Translations under genes and position numbers: made by a program
Source: Vicugna vicugna
Taxonomy: Eukaryota
Length of the DNA: 64,000 nt
NCBI GenBank assembly: GCA_013265495.1
Contig: MU058009.1
Span: 2,048,001 to 2,112,000, forward strand
Direction: 5' to 3'
The notes under the pieces: model-generated
Told to the model about the DNA's origin: nothing
The model's database searches: none
The model's input: only the letters and a program-made list of their open reading frames with translations
Part shown: one piece after another, positions 39,084 through 52,152 of the stretch
How the letters are laid out: every line of letters begins with the position of its first letter
Position numbering within the stretch: position 1 is the first letter of the stretch

Positions 39084-39115
39084 CTCTGTTCTGTTTCACT
39101 GGAGAACTCTAATAT
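38659..39115 (+). mobile_element. MLT2-type LTR
   Basis: Starts tgtgataattaattttatg, has internal agattaccctcc, ends ttctgtttcactggagaactctaatata, and carries a (CA)n tract. Confidence 0.8.
39005..39081. repeat. (TC)n(CA)n microsatellite, about 30 CA units
   Basis: Directly visible. Confidence 0.97.
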
Positions 39116-39329
39116 AGTCATATTTTAAAATAATAATAAAATTGGACTCCTTTCAAAAAAGACCAGTGGGTGCCACAGTGTTAAAACACTGAAATGCTGT
39201 ACCACCGATGGCACACACTACTAGAGGGCAATGCTCTGCGCAGGAGAAGGCAGCAGACCTCAGCTCCAGCGCTGTGGTTAACATCCATTCTGACTGGTGT
39301 TTCAGCAGGGGTTCGGAAGTTTTAACATC

Positions 39330-40730
39330 ACTCCTTTTCACACTATACATAAATGTCAATTCCAAGTAACCTGAACGTTAAAGTCAAAATTAGGAAACTT
39401 AAAGGGGAAAAAAAGGACAATATCTTCATAACTTCAGAGCAAGGAAGCACATCTTAAATATGACTAAAAACCGACAAGCCAGAAGGTTTGTACATACATA
39501 CAACTGCATAACGAATAAAATAAACAATGCCAATGTATTAAAAGGGAGTGAATAAACATGCCACAACCTGGGAGAAAGTGTTTTTAGTTCACACACAAAA
39601 ATAAAGGACTAGATGCAACAAAAAAAGACTAACATCTAAAATATGTAAAGCATTCCCATGAATGAGTAAGAAAAATACAAGTAAATCTATAAAACAAATT
39701 GAGCAAAAGGCTTGATTTAGACTTAAAAAACAGGAATCTCAGATGCACAATAAACAACTGAAAAGATGCTCAACTGCATTAGAAATTAGGAAACTGCAAA
39801 TTAAAAAACAGTGAGAGAGAACTGCATCCCCATCAGATTAGTAAAAATTAACAAGTATCACACAACCAAGAGTTGGCAAGGATGCGGAAAACAGCTCTCA
39901 TTTTACTGCCTGTGGAGTGTAAATTTGTAAATCCCTTTAAAAAGTAGTTTGTTTACTTAGTAAAGCAGAACATGTGGGTCCACTGTAACCCTGAAATTCC
40001 ACTCTGAGGTGTACGCCTGAGGAACTCCTGCATTTGTGCCACAGGATTCGAGTTCACTGAGAGGCTGTTTGTAACAGTCAAAACCTGACAACAACCCAAA
40101 TTTCAAACAAATAAAATAACTGATAAATTACCTGTGACACACGTGTGCTATGGATTAATACACAGCAGAAATGAACAAACTATAACTACAAACATCTACG
40201 GGGTAAATTTCACAGTGTTAAATGAAGAAGCCTGCCCGGCCTGACATCCCAGCCCCCGCCAGTAGCCCTGATCCTACTTAATCCTGTTCCACGTTCTCAC
40301 CATAGCTCTCATCTTCTGGCCTTTTCTATGCTCTGTAAGAATAGGTCTTTGATTTTTGCTGGAGCTGCTCACTAACATTGCCAGAGCACCTAAAGCTGCC
40401 TGCTCAGTAAATATTGGCTGAATAAATCAGACTAATTCCAATTAAATAAAGTTCAAAGACAGGTAAACCTAAATACCATACTGATTAGGAATGCATACAG
40501 ATAGTAAAATTATTTTTTTAAATGTAATGAATATTACACAAGAGATGGTGGAAGTAACCTCTGGGGTAGGGAAGGCAAAGGCAACACGCGGGACACCAGA
40601 AATGTCCACCTCCTAGCCTAGACTTTAAAAGACGTGTATAATACATACATATAAATGTATGTGTTTTATATGCATACACACGTACAAACACAATATACTT
40701 CACAATAAAAGATACTGAAAAAAAAAAAAA
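39330..40730 (+). mobile_element. Old L1ME-like 3' relic with an L2 fragment inserted (~40230-40430)
   Basis: aaaagatgctcaactgcatt, cccatcagattagtaaaaatt, gaaattccactctgagg; L2 3' end ctcagtaaatattggctgaataaat. Confidence 0.55.
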
Positions 40731-41095
40731 CCTACACTAACACTTCTCTCCCTAACCCTAGTCCACCCTCACCCCAGCTCTGATTACTCACCACCACTCA
40801 ACCCAGCTTGACGAGAGTCACGTGACAACTCAAGTGGTTCATGCTACAGAGCGATGGCACACTCTGTCTAGGAATCTGGTAGAAATTCTGAGACTTATAC
40901 TGATTCTATTATACTGTCTCCACTTGAAATAGGAGCCATCAGGTATCAAGCACTAATCAGCAGAAGAGAAGAAAAGTTTTCACACCAACCAGTAAGACAT
41001 CAACAGAAAAACCTACTTCTAAGTGTCATCTGTCAGGTATACAGATATAGATACAGATGTCTTAATTCAGGATGTAGGAAATATTTCAAATATAC

Positions 41096-41180
41096 CTGTA
41101 TGCTGCCAAACTCAACGTTCTCATAATGGAAATGTGCACACTCAGCCATCTTCGGAAAGTGACCTTTAGTGAAGGGTAAC
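41096..41180 (-). CDS. ARHGAP32: ARHGAP32 coding exon, 85 nt: LPFTKGHFPKMAECAHFHYENVEFGSIQ
   Basis: Peptide in ORF 41033..41287. Acceptor tacttcag|GTT, donor CAG|gtatat. Phase 2 in, phase 0 out. Confidence 0.96.
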
Positions 41181-41548
41181 CTGAAGTACATGAAATAAAT
41201 GAGATACAAGGCACTAGAATAATCAAAATTACTAAGCCTGAGGAGAAAATAAAACAGGTTTAGGATGTCATGCAACAAGCAAAACACTATTTAATAAGCA
41301 CATGCGCGTGAGCACATATACGCACATAAACCTTTTCAGAAATACACAGTCATATGGAAATTACATTCAGTGCACAGGCCAAAACCAAACAAATGAAATA
41401 AAAAGCATCACTGTAGTACTCTCCTAATCTTGACCCAAGCCAATGGCCACAGAAGAAGTATGCGTTTGGTGAATGTTATGTAGCCGTGGACAGCCAGCTG
41501 CGAACCAGAGGCGGCACTCCCACCACAAACTCCAAAGCCAGACTGTAC

Positions 41549-41590
41549 CTGTGAATGTTGTCGCAGCCCATCAGTCCTGGATTGGTGGGT
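41549..41590 (-). CDS. ARHGAP32: ARHGAP32 42-nt cassette exon: (K)PTNPGLMGCDNIH(R)
   Basis: Acceptor ttcattctgcatccag|ACC, donor CAG|gtacag. Symmetric phase 2-2 and stop-free. Resembles the 14-aa insert (..PGLMGCDNIHR) I recall in the longest human isoform. Confidence 0.85.
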
Positions 41591-42130
41591 CTGGATGCAG
41601 AATGAACATTTTTATCCTTGTCTTTCCTCAACTTAGAATGAAAACATAGCTATCTAACCCTTTACCAGGGGAAAAGACAGTTTTTTTGTTTAAAACTGAA
41701 ACGGATACCTTCAGATATTTCACTTAAGAGTCAAATACTGGCTCCATTTCAGGCTTTCTCAAAGGCAAAGCTGAGAAACAACAATCTGATAACTCAACAA
41801 AACCAATTTTTCTAAATGAATGAGAGCACGTATTAAAGGCATCAAGAAAGACATACTTGGATTGTTCCTGTTGAACAAATGCAACCTGATAGACAATGGC
41901 ATAGAAGTTGTTGCAAGAACAAAATTAAAGAATATTTTTAGACAAGTAGGTAATCTTCAGACCTACTCTGCTAATAGTTGAGTCATAATTTAAGGCTTAA
42001 TAGTATAATTGAATGTACAGACAGTAAGAGCTTGTTGAGTAAGAAATTTAAATAAAAGTTTTAAGAGAAGTAAAGAACTGATTTCCATCTATAGGAATTC
42101 ATTTGAGACCTGCTGTAAGATTATACTCAC

Positions 42131-42222
42131 TTTTTCACATGTTTAACCTTCATACTAGCTGTACTGCCACATGTCTTAAGACTAAGGTCTCCAGGAATTT
42201 CTGGAACATCTGCTCCTCTTGC
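42131..42222 (-). CDS. ARHGAP32: ARHGAP32 coding exon, 92 nt: ARGADVPEIPGDLSLKTCGSTASMKVKHVK(K)
   Basis: Peptide in ORF 42127..42339. Acceptor tttttttaag|GCA, donor AA|gtgagt. Phase 0 in, phase 2 out, consistent with neighbours. Confidence 0.96.
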
Positions 42223-42445
42223 CTTAAAAAAAATAAAGACAAAAAGATTTATGACTATTTTTTTAGTATAATACATTTTAAAAAGCAGATTATAGTTCAT
42301 TTCAAGGGTTCTGCTGACTCCATACCAACAGAAACACATGCTGATTTAATAATCTGTTCTTAAAATTATAACTTACTTGAGTATTCTCTTACAATCAAAT
42401 TTTGAAGTCAACTATTATATTATGTGTCTCATCACAAACTAAAAT

Positions 42446-42527
42446 AGCATAATGCCCTCCAAGTCAATCCATGTTGTTGCAAATTGCAAAAGTTCATTCT
42501 TTTTTTTACAGCTGAGTAGTATTCCAT

Positions 42528-42571
<44 letters not shown>

Positions 42572-43350
42572 TCTTCTTAATCCATTCATCTGTCGATGGA
42601 CACTTAAGTTGCTTTCATATCCTGGCAATTGTGAATAATGCCGCTTTGAACATTGAGTCGCATGTACCTTTTTGAATTAATGTTTTGTTCTTTTCGCATA
42701 TATACCCAGGAGTGGAATTGCTGGTATCCATATATATAAACAGCTCATAAATGCAACATCAAAAAAAAAAAAAAAAAAAACCCCAATAAAAAAAAGGGCA
42801 GATGAACTGAACAGACATTTTTCCAAACAAGAAATGCATATGGCCAACAGGCATATAAAAAGATGCCCAACATCACTAATCATCAGGGAAATGCAAATCA
42901 AAACCACCATAAGTAGTATGAAAATGAATACATGTATGTATATGTATAACTTAAACGTTATGCTATACACCAGAAATTGACACAACACTGTAAACTGAGT
43001 ATGCTTCAACTAAAAAAAAAAAAAAAAAAACACAGTAAGACATCACCTCACCCCTGTTAGAATGGCTATTATCAAAAAAGAATACATGGGGAGAGTATAG
43101 CTCAAGTGGTACAGCGCATGCTTAGCACACACAAGGTCCTGTGTTCAATCCCCACTACCTCCTCTAAACATAAATAAATAAGCCTAACTACCTGCCCTCC
43201 ACCAAAAAAAAAAAAATACAAACAAATGTTGGTGAGTATGTGGAGAAACGGGAACCCTTGTACACTGTTGCTGGGAATGTAAATTGGTGCAGCCACTGTG
43301 GAAAACAGTATGGAGGTTTCTCAAAAAACTAACATTAGAACTACCACATG
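42446..43350. mobile_element. L1 with inversion (antisense 42446-42724, sense 42725-43350) hosting a nested L1 tail (42914-43030) and a SINE
   Basis: The two segment ends are contiguous in the L1 consensus (..gaactaccatatga|ccagcaattccactc..). Nested elements have TSD-like flanks. Confidence 0.8.
43088..43215 (+). mobile_element. tRNA-derived SINE, Vic-1-like, longer 3' variant, inserted into L1
   Basis: gggagagtatagctcaagtgg...gttcaatcccc, A-rich tail, TSD-like aaaa(g)aataca on both sides. Confidence 0.85.
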
Positions 43351-43499
43351 TCACAAGAAATTGTTACGGAACTTCAGCTCATTCTACATTAGTCTGGAAT
43401 AGTTCATGATAACTGTAAAAACAATCAGGAATGAGGAAAGAGCAGGATTCAAAAGAACAAAAAAAAGAAGACTCTTCTAACTTATTTTATGATACCAGT

Positions 43500-46300
43500 T
43501 AACACAGACATCAGAACCACCCAAGAGACTTTTGACATCAGTCAGGACTAGACTAAGAAAAAGAAAAGCTGGATAAAATGTATAAACCATTCTAAACACT
43601 GAAGCTCAACCATACAGAAAAGACATGAGATACAATATGATCTTTAAGAGAAATAAATTATATAAGACGAACTCCATGTTCAGCCAAACTGTAGACCTGC
43701 CAAGCCCTTCCCAACCGCAGCGAGGAGGACTTACAGGCCAACCCGAGGGCAGCAGCACCCCTGGGAAGGAGGAGCAGGTGTCACATGTCAAAGCTCCCTG
43801 TGACTGCACCTTAAAGGAAAACGCCCAGGAAGGAGAAAACTACTGTAAGTGAATGAAAATATTTATACACAGATGAACCTGAAATAATTTGCCGTTCCTA
43901 ATCTCCACATACACAGGAGAAGCCTAACAAACCTGGCCAGAACACTGTGGCCGAGAAGAGCTCACTCACTAGAAACAGACCTAGAAACAAAAGTACAAGC
44001 AACAAGCAGGGAAAAAATGTACAAACACTCTGTTAATATGCTCAATATGTTCAAGTGACATAATGAAGAAATAAACGAAAACAAAACAAAACAAAAGTCA
44101 GTGGGACTACTACTGGTGAAAAACACAGCTGTAACAAAAACTACCTAAGAGCATACTAGACACGGCAGAAGAAAAGATCAGTGAGCCTGAAGAAACAGCA
44201 AGAAAAAACTACCCAAAAACTTCTTGGTTTTTAGTTTTTGGTGCTTTGTAAAGAGAAAAAGACAGGAAAACCAAGGTCACAGTGACATGTGGGACAGTAT
44301 CAAGCCATTTAGCATATGTGTAACCAAAGGCAAAAAAAGGAGAGGAAAATGCCCCCCCCACCAGACAGGCGGTTAAGAAGAGGAAAAGAAAAACGTTTTG
44401 GAAAAAAATAATAGGTAAAAAGTTTCCCTTTCATGAAAATTATCAGCATGTTCAGAAAACTCAATAAATCTGAAGTATGATCAACATTTTGAAAAATCAC
44501 AAGGCACAGTATATCAGATAAACACCATGACCTGGCAGATTATCCCAGGAATGCAAGATCGTTTTAGCATCTGAAAACAAGTCAGCAGCTCATCATATTA
44601 ACAAAAAAGGGGGAAAATAATCATGTAATCATCTCTAAGGCAGTAAATACATTTGACAAAATCCCAAACCCTATTCATGAAATAATAAAAATCAGTCAAC
44701 TAAAAATAGAAAAGAACATCCTTAATGTAATAAAAACTATCCAGTAAGAAACTGAAACATTATACTGAATGATGAAATATTTAAAGTTCCTCCCCCAATA
44801 TGAGGAACAAAACAAGGATGCATGCAATTACCACATCTATTCAACATCATTATAGAGTGCCTAGCCAGAGCAATATGGAAAGTAAAGAAAAGATTGTGCA
44901 CATATAAAATCTAAAAGAATTTAAAAACTCTTACAGGTAAACCAAAGAATATGTCAAAGACTCTGGGTATGAAGTAAATACACAAAAAACTAATTACATT
45001 TCTACATATTAGCAGTAAACAATCAGGAAATAAAATTTTAAAACAATTATGCAATAATATTGAAGAAAACATCAAATACCCAGGAATACACCCTGTAAGA
45101 TATATGAAAGACTCCAACACTAAAAACTACAAACATTTTTCAAAATTTAAGAAAATGTAAATTAACAGAATGTATACATATACACATCTGATCTGAACAG
45201 ACTGGAAGGCACAATACTGTCAAGGTGTCAGTTACCCTCAAAATTATCTACAGATTTATCTGTATAAATTGGCAAGCTAATTCTAAAGATTTATATGGAA
45301 ATGCTAAGCACACAGAAGTGCCAAGACTAAGAAGAGCAAAGCTGGAATACTTACTCTACCAGATAACAAGATTTGCTATAAAATTAAAAAAACAAGACAG
45401 TGTAGTATTTACCCAAGAACCGAAAAATGGATAAAAAGAACACATGAGAGAATTCAAACAGCAGCCAGAGTATGGTCATCTGACTCATGACAAAGTCACT
45501 AGTGAAATTAAGTCAGGAAAAAAGACAGTGATTTTAATAAACGTACCAGGCCACTCAGATTTCTACATGGATAAAAAAAATGTTGATCACCATATCTCAC
45601 ATCACACACAAAAATCAATTTTAAACAGCTCATAGTCCCAAACATAAAAGTAAACATATTCTAGAAAATACCTTCATAACACTGAGATGGGCAAAAATTT
45701 CTACAAAATACACAAGCAAAAAAGAATAATTAAAATAAAAACTTTTAATAAATCGGACTCAAGCTAAGAATTTCTGTTTATCAAATGATACCATTAAGCA
45801 TGTGAAAAGGCAAATCAGAGTCTGGAAGAAGAAATTGGAAATACAAGTTATCTGATACAGGACTAGTATATATAATTTATCAAGAACTTCTAAAATTCCA
45901 TTTTAAAAAAGACAGGCAACCCAACAGAAGAAAAATGCAGTATTTAAATGAACACATCACAGAAGACATCTCAAGGGCTAATAAGCACATGAAATGGTGC
46001 TAAACATAAATCATTATCATAGAATCACAAATAAAAACCACAACGAGATTCTACTACATACATAACAGAACGGCGATACAAAGAGTACATATTGTAGAAT
46101 CTTATGCACAGAAACAATGGTTAACTTTGGTAGCAAAAGTACTGACTAGGAAGGACTTTCTGAATTTTAGGAAAATTTTATTTTTCTTAAATCTCAGTGG
46201 CAGTCACATGGGAAAAACATAAGCAAAAATTCATCAAACTCTATATGAAGGTTTGTGACTTGTCTTTACATGAGTTATACCTCAGAAAAAAACTAAATGG
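43500..46300 (+). mobile_element. Old, internally deleted L1M element (ORF1 relic, ORF2 RT/C-terminal relic, 3'UTR)
   Basis: gattatcccaggaatgcaag, catttgacaaaatcc, ggaacaaaacaaggatg, aaatacccaggaata and other degenerate ORF2 motifs. Confidence 0.7.
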
Positions 46301-47099
46301 AAAAAAAACAAACAATAACAAGAGAATGAAAAATTATAGGCCAATCTCATTTATGAAACACAAATTTTTAAAAATACCATACATAAAATAGTGAACCAAA
46401 TCCATCATTGTATTAACTTCAAAAAAAAAAAAAACCATAATCAAACTGAAGTTACCCCAGGAATGCAAGGTTTTCAGCTTAAGACCCCGTACACATATAA
46501 AGAAAAGAAGTTAAGCAGAAATCCTTTTCTTTTCCTTTGGGGGCAGGAGGCAGTATTTAAACAGGCTGCTAGAACAACAGAGCAGACAGATACAGAAGGC
46601 ATGATGAAACCTGATTACAGCAGGACACGGCTGAGTCTTCTGTCATACACGCTGGATAAAAGTTCTAAATGGCAATTCAATATTAAGACAGTTATACAAA
46701 TCTGGAGTTGATGAATGTTAAGTGTCAAATTATACTGCAAATTACTGTGCAATAGGAAGGAGGTAGCAGATCACAGGGCTTTTTCGTTCCTAAATTTCTC
46801 AAATTTTTTATGAAAGACAAAAACATGTATGACATATTTATCAAATTTACAGACAGGAGAAAACTTAAAGGGATATGAATACCCTGAGTGACAGAATTCA
46901 CAGATTTTATTTTAATACATTGCAAAAACAAACTGAAATGATTACGAAGTTCATCAAAGATTAAAAAAAGCCCTGAATTTATATTCAAAACTCAATTATA
47001 TAAGTATGAGGGAACACACTTTATCTGACAAGAATTCATGTAACGAAATCTAAGGCCTAGAGTTTACCACAAGCTAAATAAATACAAGCCAAAGAATAT

Positions 47100-47225
47100 C
47101 CTCACTGGTAAAAGCTAACGCAGCCTGAAAAACATGTGGCATCTATAACAAGGAAAGTATTTGTTTCTCCATAATCTGAACCAGTTAAACCACATAGGGT
47201 AGAGATCATCCGTTTCAGGAAAATA
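47100..47225 (+). mobile_element. Possible L3/CR1 relic
   Basis: aaagctaacgcagcct...aacaaggaaagt...ccacat resembles the remembered CR1/L3 3' region; very degenerate. Confidence 0.35.
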
Positions 47226-48341
47226 TAATTTGATACTGAAAACCTGCAAAACTAAGAACTGGCAGTGTTTTATCCTGTCTGCTCCACTGCTCTCTAACCC
47301 AGAAAAGTATTCACCATTCCTGCCACTGGTACCGATTTTTAAACCATCTTTCGAATGCCTGTTCTCTTGATCCCAGGTGCACAGGAAACTCTAACACTGA
47401 ACGGGCGATTGTCAGGTGACTTAACAGCAGCGTAACATGCTACGCTCTGACCCAGAACCACAAAGCTGGCGACTTCCACGTGAGCCACACACAAGGCCCA
47501 CCCCTTCTGTACTGGCTACATGAGTGACCACCTTCTCCAAATACTATGATGTCCATCTTAACAGGTACCAGCAGAATGCGAACGGGCATCGCAGATTTTT
47601 AACTAGGGAAAAAAAACAGAGTATGGGAAGGTGTTTAACATACAGTCACAGAGCTAAAAGAAATCTCATTCAGCCCTTCCATTGCAAACAGGAAAGTCAG
47701 ACCAAGAAACAGCAACTTGCCACAGTGCATTAGTTGCAATAGTCAAATTAAACTGAATTTCTATCACATCTACTACATCTAATATAAGCAAATGAGAGAA
47801 GAAAAGTTCAAAGACAGTAGAATTCTTTAAATGAGAAATTACAACAATGAGAAATAGCTTTTCTCCTATCAAAATATGAAAGAGTAAAAATTTAAAATTG
47901 AAAATATATGACATGAAAGACACTAAGCATTATTCCTTAGAATATGAATTGACAAAAAAATTTTGAGAAGTAACGTAAGGATCCTCACACGTTTTAGGTA
48001 AGTAATTCCTCATAACAGTAAAAAGAAAAGGCAAAATTCATCATAAAGATACTCATCAAAGTGAAGAATATAAAACAAACTCAAGGCCCTACTAATTACT
48101 GAAATATCAAAACTATATTCTATATTACAGGGAATTGTGTAGTCACTACATTTGTTTATTAAGAGTTCTTATTGAATACCAATTGCAACACACTGCATAC
48201 ACACATTTCTCCCAAGCAATAGATTTTATGGAGTATTAGTGGTTTTAAAATTCTTGAATATTTGTAATTTTCATCAACTGATGTTATCACATATGTTAAA
48301 CATATTAGGAAGTATAAATAACAAATAAAAACTATATAACA

Positions 48342-48967
48342 CTGTGTTAAGCAAAATTCTAAAAAGGCCCCCAAGCCCACCCTTGGCCAAGATTCCCACC
48401 TCCTGGTTATTCAAACATTAACTGAGGCAATTCTGGGATTTTGCAGATTAATTAGAGTCTCAGGTCAGTTGATCTTAAAGTACAAAAGTCATCTGGATGC
48501 GCCTGATCTAATCACATGATTGCTGCAAAACCAGTTTCTCCAACTGGTAGCAAAAGGTAAAGTCAAAGATTTAAAGCATGAGAGGGACTTGAGGTACAGC
48601 TGCTGGCTTTGAAGACTGAGGGAGCCGAGCGAGAAGGAATTCAGACCACCTCCACCAGCAGAGAGCAGTACCCCTACCCACTCCCCAGTCCTGCTGCCCA
48701 GCCAGCAGGGAAACCCGGCCCTCAGACCTAGGAACAAGAAGGAACCACAAGAAACTAGACTGCCCACAATTAAACGATGTGGGAAGCGGATTCTCCAGGC
48801 TTCACATGAGAGCCCAACCTAGCAGCCACTTTAATTCAGCTTTATGAGACCCTGAGCAGAGAACCCAATTCAGCTTGCCCAGACTTCCAACCTACAGAAC
48901 TGTAAGATAATACACGGTATTGTTTTTAGCTCCTAAATTTCTTACACAGCAACAGAAAATGAATACT
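48342..48967 (+). mobile_element. MaLR solo LTR (MLT1E/F-like)
   Basis: tgtgttaagcaaaattctaaaaaggcccc start; gacttccaacctacagaactgtaagataata...acagcaacagaaaatgaatac end. Confidence 0.75.
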
Positions 48968-51709
48968 AACAACGTGAATATTTAAGACCCCAGAAATTCC
49001 TGAGTCATCTTGGGCTTTAAGTGCTCCTTTATCTCTCATGCAATTAAAACTCTCTCTTCCCAGGACTGTGATACAAAGCCTCAGAAGCTCTTGCCTTCCA
49101 GAACTCCCAGAGCTCCACTGAATGCACTAACTTCACTGCTTGCCCAAGGCTCTGGGAAGCATCCCTCAAAGGACCACGCTGCTCACGTGAAGGCAAGCCT
49201 AGGAAGGAACTGCAGATTCCGCAGGTGGGGCAGGTAACAGGTGGGAGGGGCACAGGTCTGACTGAGTGCAGCGGCAATCTCTCCATTCTCCCTGGCAACC
49301 CTGTATTTTCAATGTGCACACTACAGTCTGTTCCACATCCCATTTTGCAGCTCATTTTGCAGCTTGCAACCCCCTCCACGGCAATGTTTTTTATTCCCCC
49401 TTCACAGGTGCCCCCTACACTGTGTCCACCAGCCAGGCTCTTCCAGAGACCTCTTCCCTCCAGGAAACCAGGCAACTCCTTGACCTATGACACTTCCCAT
49501 AATTTAAAATGGGGGGTGTTCAATTTTCTCTTTATTGCAGCACCTTAATAATAAGGTAGAAAGTTTCTACTAAATGGAGGGGAAAAAAGGAACATAAAAT
49601 CGTATACGGTTTACAATCATAAAATCATATTTACAGACATGATGAGAAAGCAAAATATATCAACAAAGCAATATTCTTTGAAACTAGTTATTTGTGGAAA
49701 TTTACATTAAAAAATCATGCTTATATGGATCTTAAATTTAAAACTTTGCATTAAAGGAAATCATGAAGAAAATATACCAAAATAACCTTACCACTGTGGA
49801 AAATTGGATTATTGGTGAGTCTTTTTTTCCACCACTTTTTGGCTTTTTCTATATAAGCATGTTTATTTTTATCAAAGAGGAAGGCTCTGCTGAAAAAGAG
49901 AGAACGCAAGAAGCTAGTAGCTTCTTCCACCTCTGTATGTTACCTGTCCTACAGCAACCATTTACAAATGCATGACATGTCACAAATAAATGAGATCAGA
50001 TAGTCTGTGTAACTCCAATGGGCAAAATTAGGTATTCATATCTGGGAACTGTCACTGAGAAAGAGTAAGAATAAAAACATGTTTATGATGGGATGTACCA
50101 GTGTATGGTAACAAAATGAATTTTTCATTAGTCACTGGGTCAAATTATGAGTTACCTGGTGGGAGCTAGAACCCCAGTGGAGATGCCTCTCAAAGCATAA
50201 AAAGAGAGGGAGAAATAACCTGCCGTCTCGCCTTTTCCTGCCCTCCAATCTGCTACCCGTGCCTCCCACCCGTCAGAAGACTGCTGGCAAGGGAGTATAG
50301 CAAATGCAGTTTGCAGGGATCTGCCTCCTGCAACAGAGAACAAAGCAGAAGGGGTAGGAAATCCCAACCCCAGACCCACAACATTCATTCCTGAACAATG
50401 AAGACAGAACTGTGTCTATGTATCACACAATACCAGTCATTTAAAACACAGGTTATTTTATATAAAATGCCCTCATATTTTGAAATGCAGCAGCAGCCAC
50501 CAGATAACATTCATATCATATATACACACATACAGAATCAACTGAATAAGTAAGATTGTAATATTAAATTTGTACTGTGAATAAAGGCAAGCTAATCACA
50601 GTTAGCGGCTAACACCTAAGAACAATAAAGGCAGGTCCAAAATTGTTACAGAAAATCAGCAATAACACCACTGAATGAGCATTCACAAAGGGCAGCAAAA
50701 TGCAGTCAGAGTAAGAATACACCACTATTAAAGTGTTCTTTTCTTCAAGGAACAAAAATCCCCAATACAACTTGCATGGGGAAAGGAGTCTGATCAAAAT
50801 TTTCTTTATGTACAAGGCTAGCCAAAAGACTTGAAAATAAGTCAGAGGAAAGAGATGGTAACTTTCTGCCACTTTTCACCTTTTTTCTTTTAATAGACTC
50901 AAATCATATTTATTATATTCTCTTTACTATTTATAAACAGAATTTGAGAAAGAGCAGTACACCCCTTAATTTATACCTATTTTTATAAATAATATTTCTT
51001 GATAATGAAAATGAAAAATAACATTTCTGCTTAATATATACCAGTAAAGGGAAAAAATCTTTCGCCTCTTAAACAAGAAAAAAAATTTAGGAGCTATCTC
51101 TATGCAGGTCAGGCTGCATGCATATACATATGCACGTAGTAACTGAAAAAAACAAGATTTAAATACAAAATTTGTTCTGTCAAGAAAGACAAACAGGACT
51201 GTTAATTCCTGTGCTCAACTACAGCCTAACCACAGGAAATAGATGCAACAAATCTCTGATATGTAACATGTTTATAGAAGCCTTTAAATTTTAATTGGTC
51301 TAAGTATTGTTCCCTTTCTTACAGAGGAATAAAAGACAATGGGGGAAAAGTTAACAATAATCATCCCACTATCACAGAAAAGCTAAATTTATTTAAATCT
51401 ATAGTGTATTATGTTGAACAACAATAACACTAAAATGATCCTTAAAGAATAAGTATATCACAAAGAAATTCAATTAACTGAGTTATCGTGTGAATATTTT
51501 CAAAGGAATTTTGATACAACAAAATGCCCGTAATGTTACATATTACATAACACACTGCAGGAAATAAGTGAAGAAAACTGTTATCTAGAACTCGTAATAC
51601 ACAACTGACAAAAGACAAAAATAAGAGTCAAAGAAGCAGGCAGGTAGATTTAAGTACACAGATAATTCACAAAGCATACCAGTAGCCAACAAATCAGCCT
51701 TGGAGTAAA

Positions 51710-51860
51710 CTACAGTGACAATGAATATATGTATGTTCATGTATAACTGAAAAATTGTGCTCTACACTGGAATTTGACACATCATTGTAAAATGACTACA
51801 ACTCAATAAAAAAATGTTAAAAAAATAAAGAAAAGAAAAAAGAAAAAGGAGGGGAAAAAA
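51710..51860 (+). mobile_element. Short young L1 3' tail
   Basis: aatgaatatatgtatgttcatgtataactgaaaaattgtgctctacac...aactcaataaaaaa followed by an A-rich tail; related to the tail at 42914. Confidence 0.7.
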
Positions 51861-52152
51861 GAATCATAAATGAGACACATAATTGGAAATTTTCTATTAA
51901 AGAAATATCAAGATTCTAGACTCTCCATGACACTCCAGTTGAGATCTACAAGGATCATTATTCCCGACTACACATGTTATAAGTACTTTTCTCCTTGAGT
52001 ATTTTTAAAGCTATATATCAAATCTTATCAGTAAAAGTAGCACCCAGCTCACTTAAAGCCTTCAACAGCACAATATTTGGAATGTAGCTTTCAGCTTAAT
52101 AACTAACAATAAAATGCTGGGTTTAAGATCAGTTCAGCAGCTCAAAAGATTT

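Noticed and set aside
49010..49550. Cluster of overlapping ORFs on both strands (up to 143 aa)
   Set aside because: Locally higher GC lowers stop frequency; there is no recognisable domain or splice structure, and it is possibly an old DNA-transposon relic.
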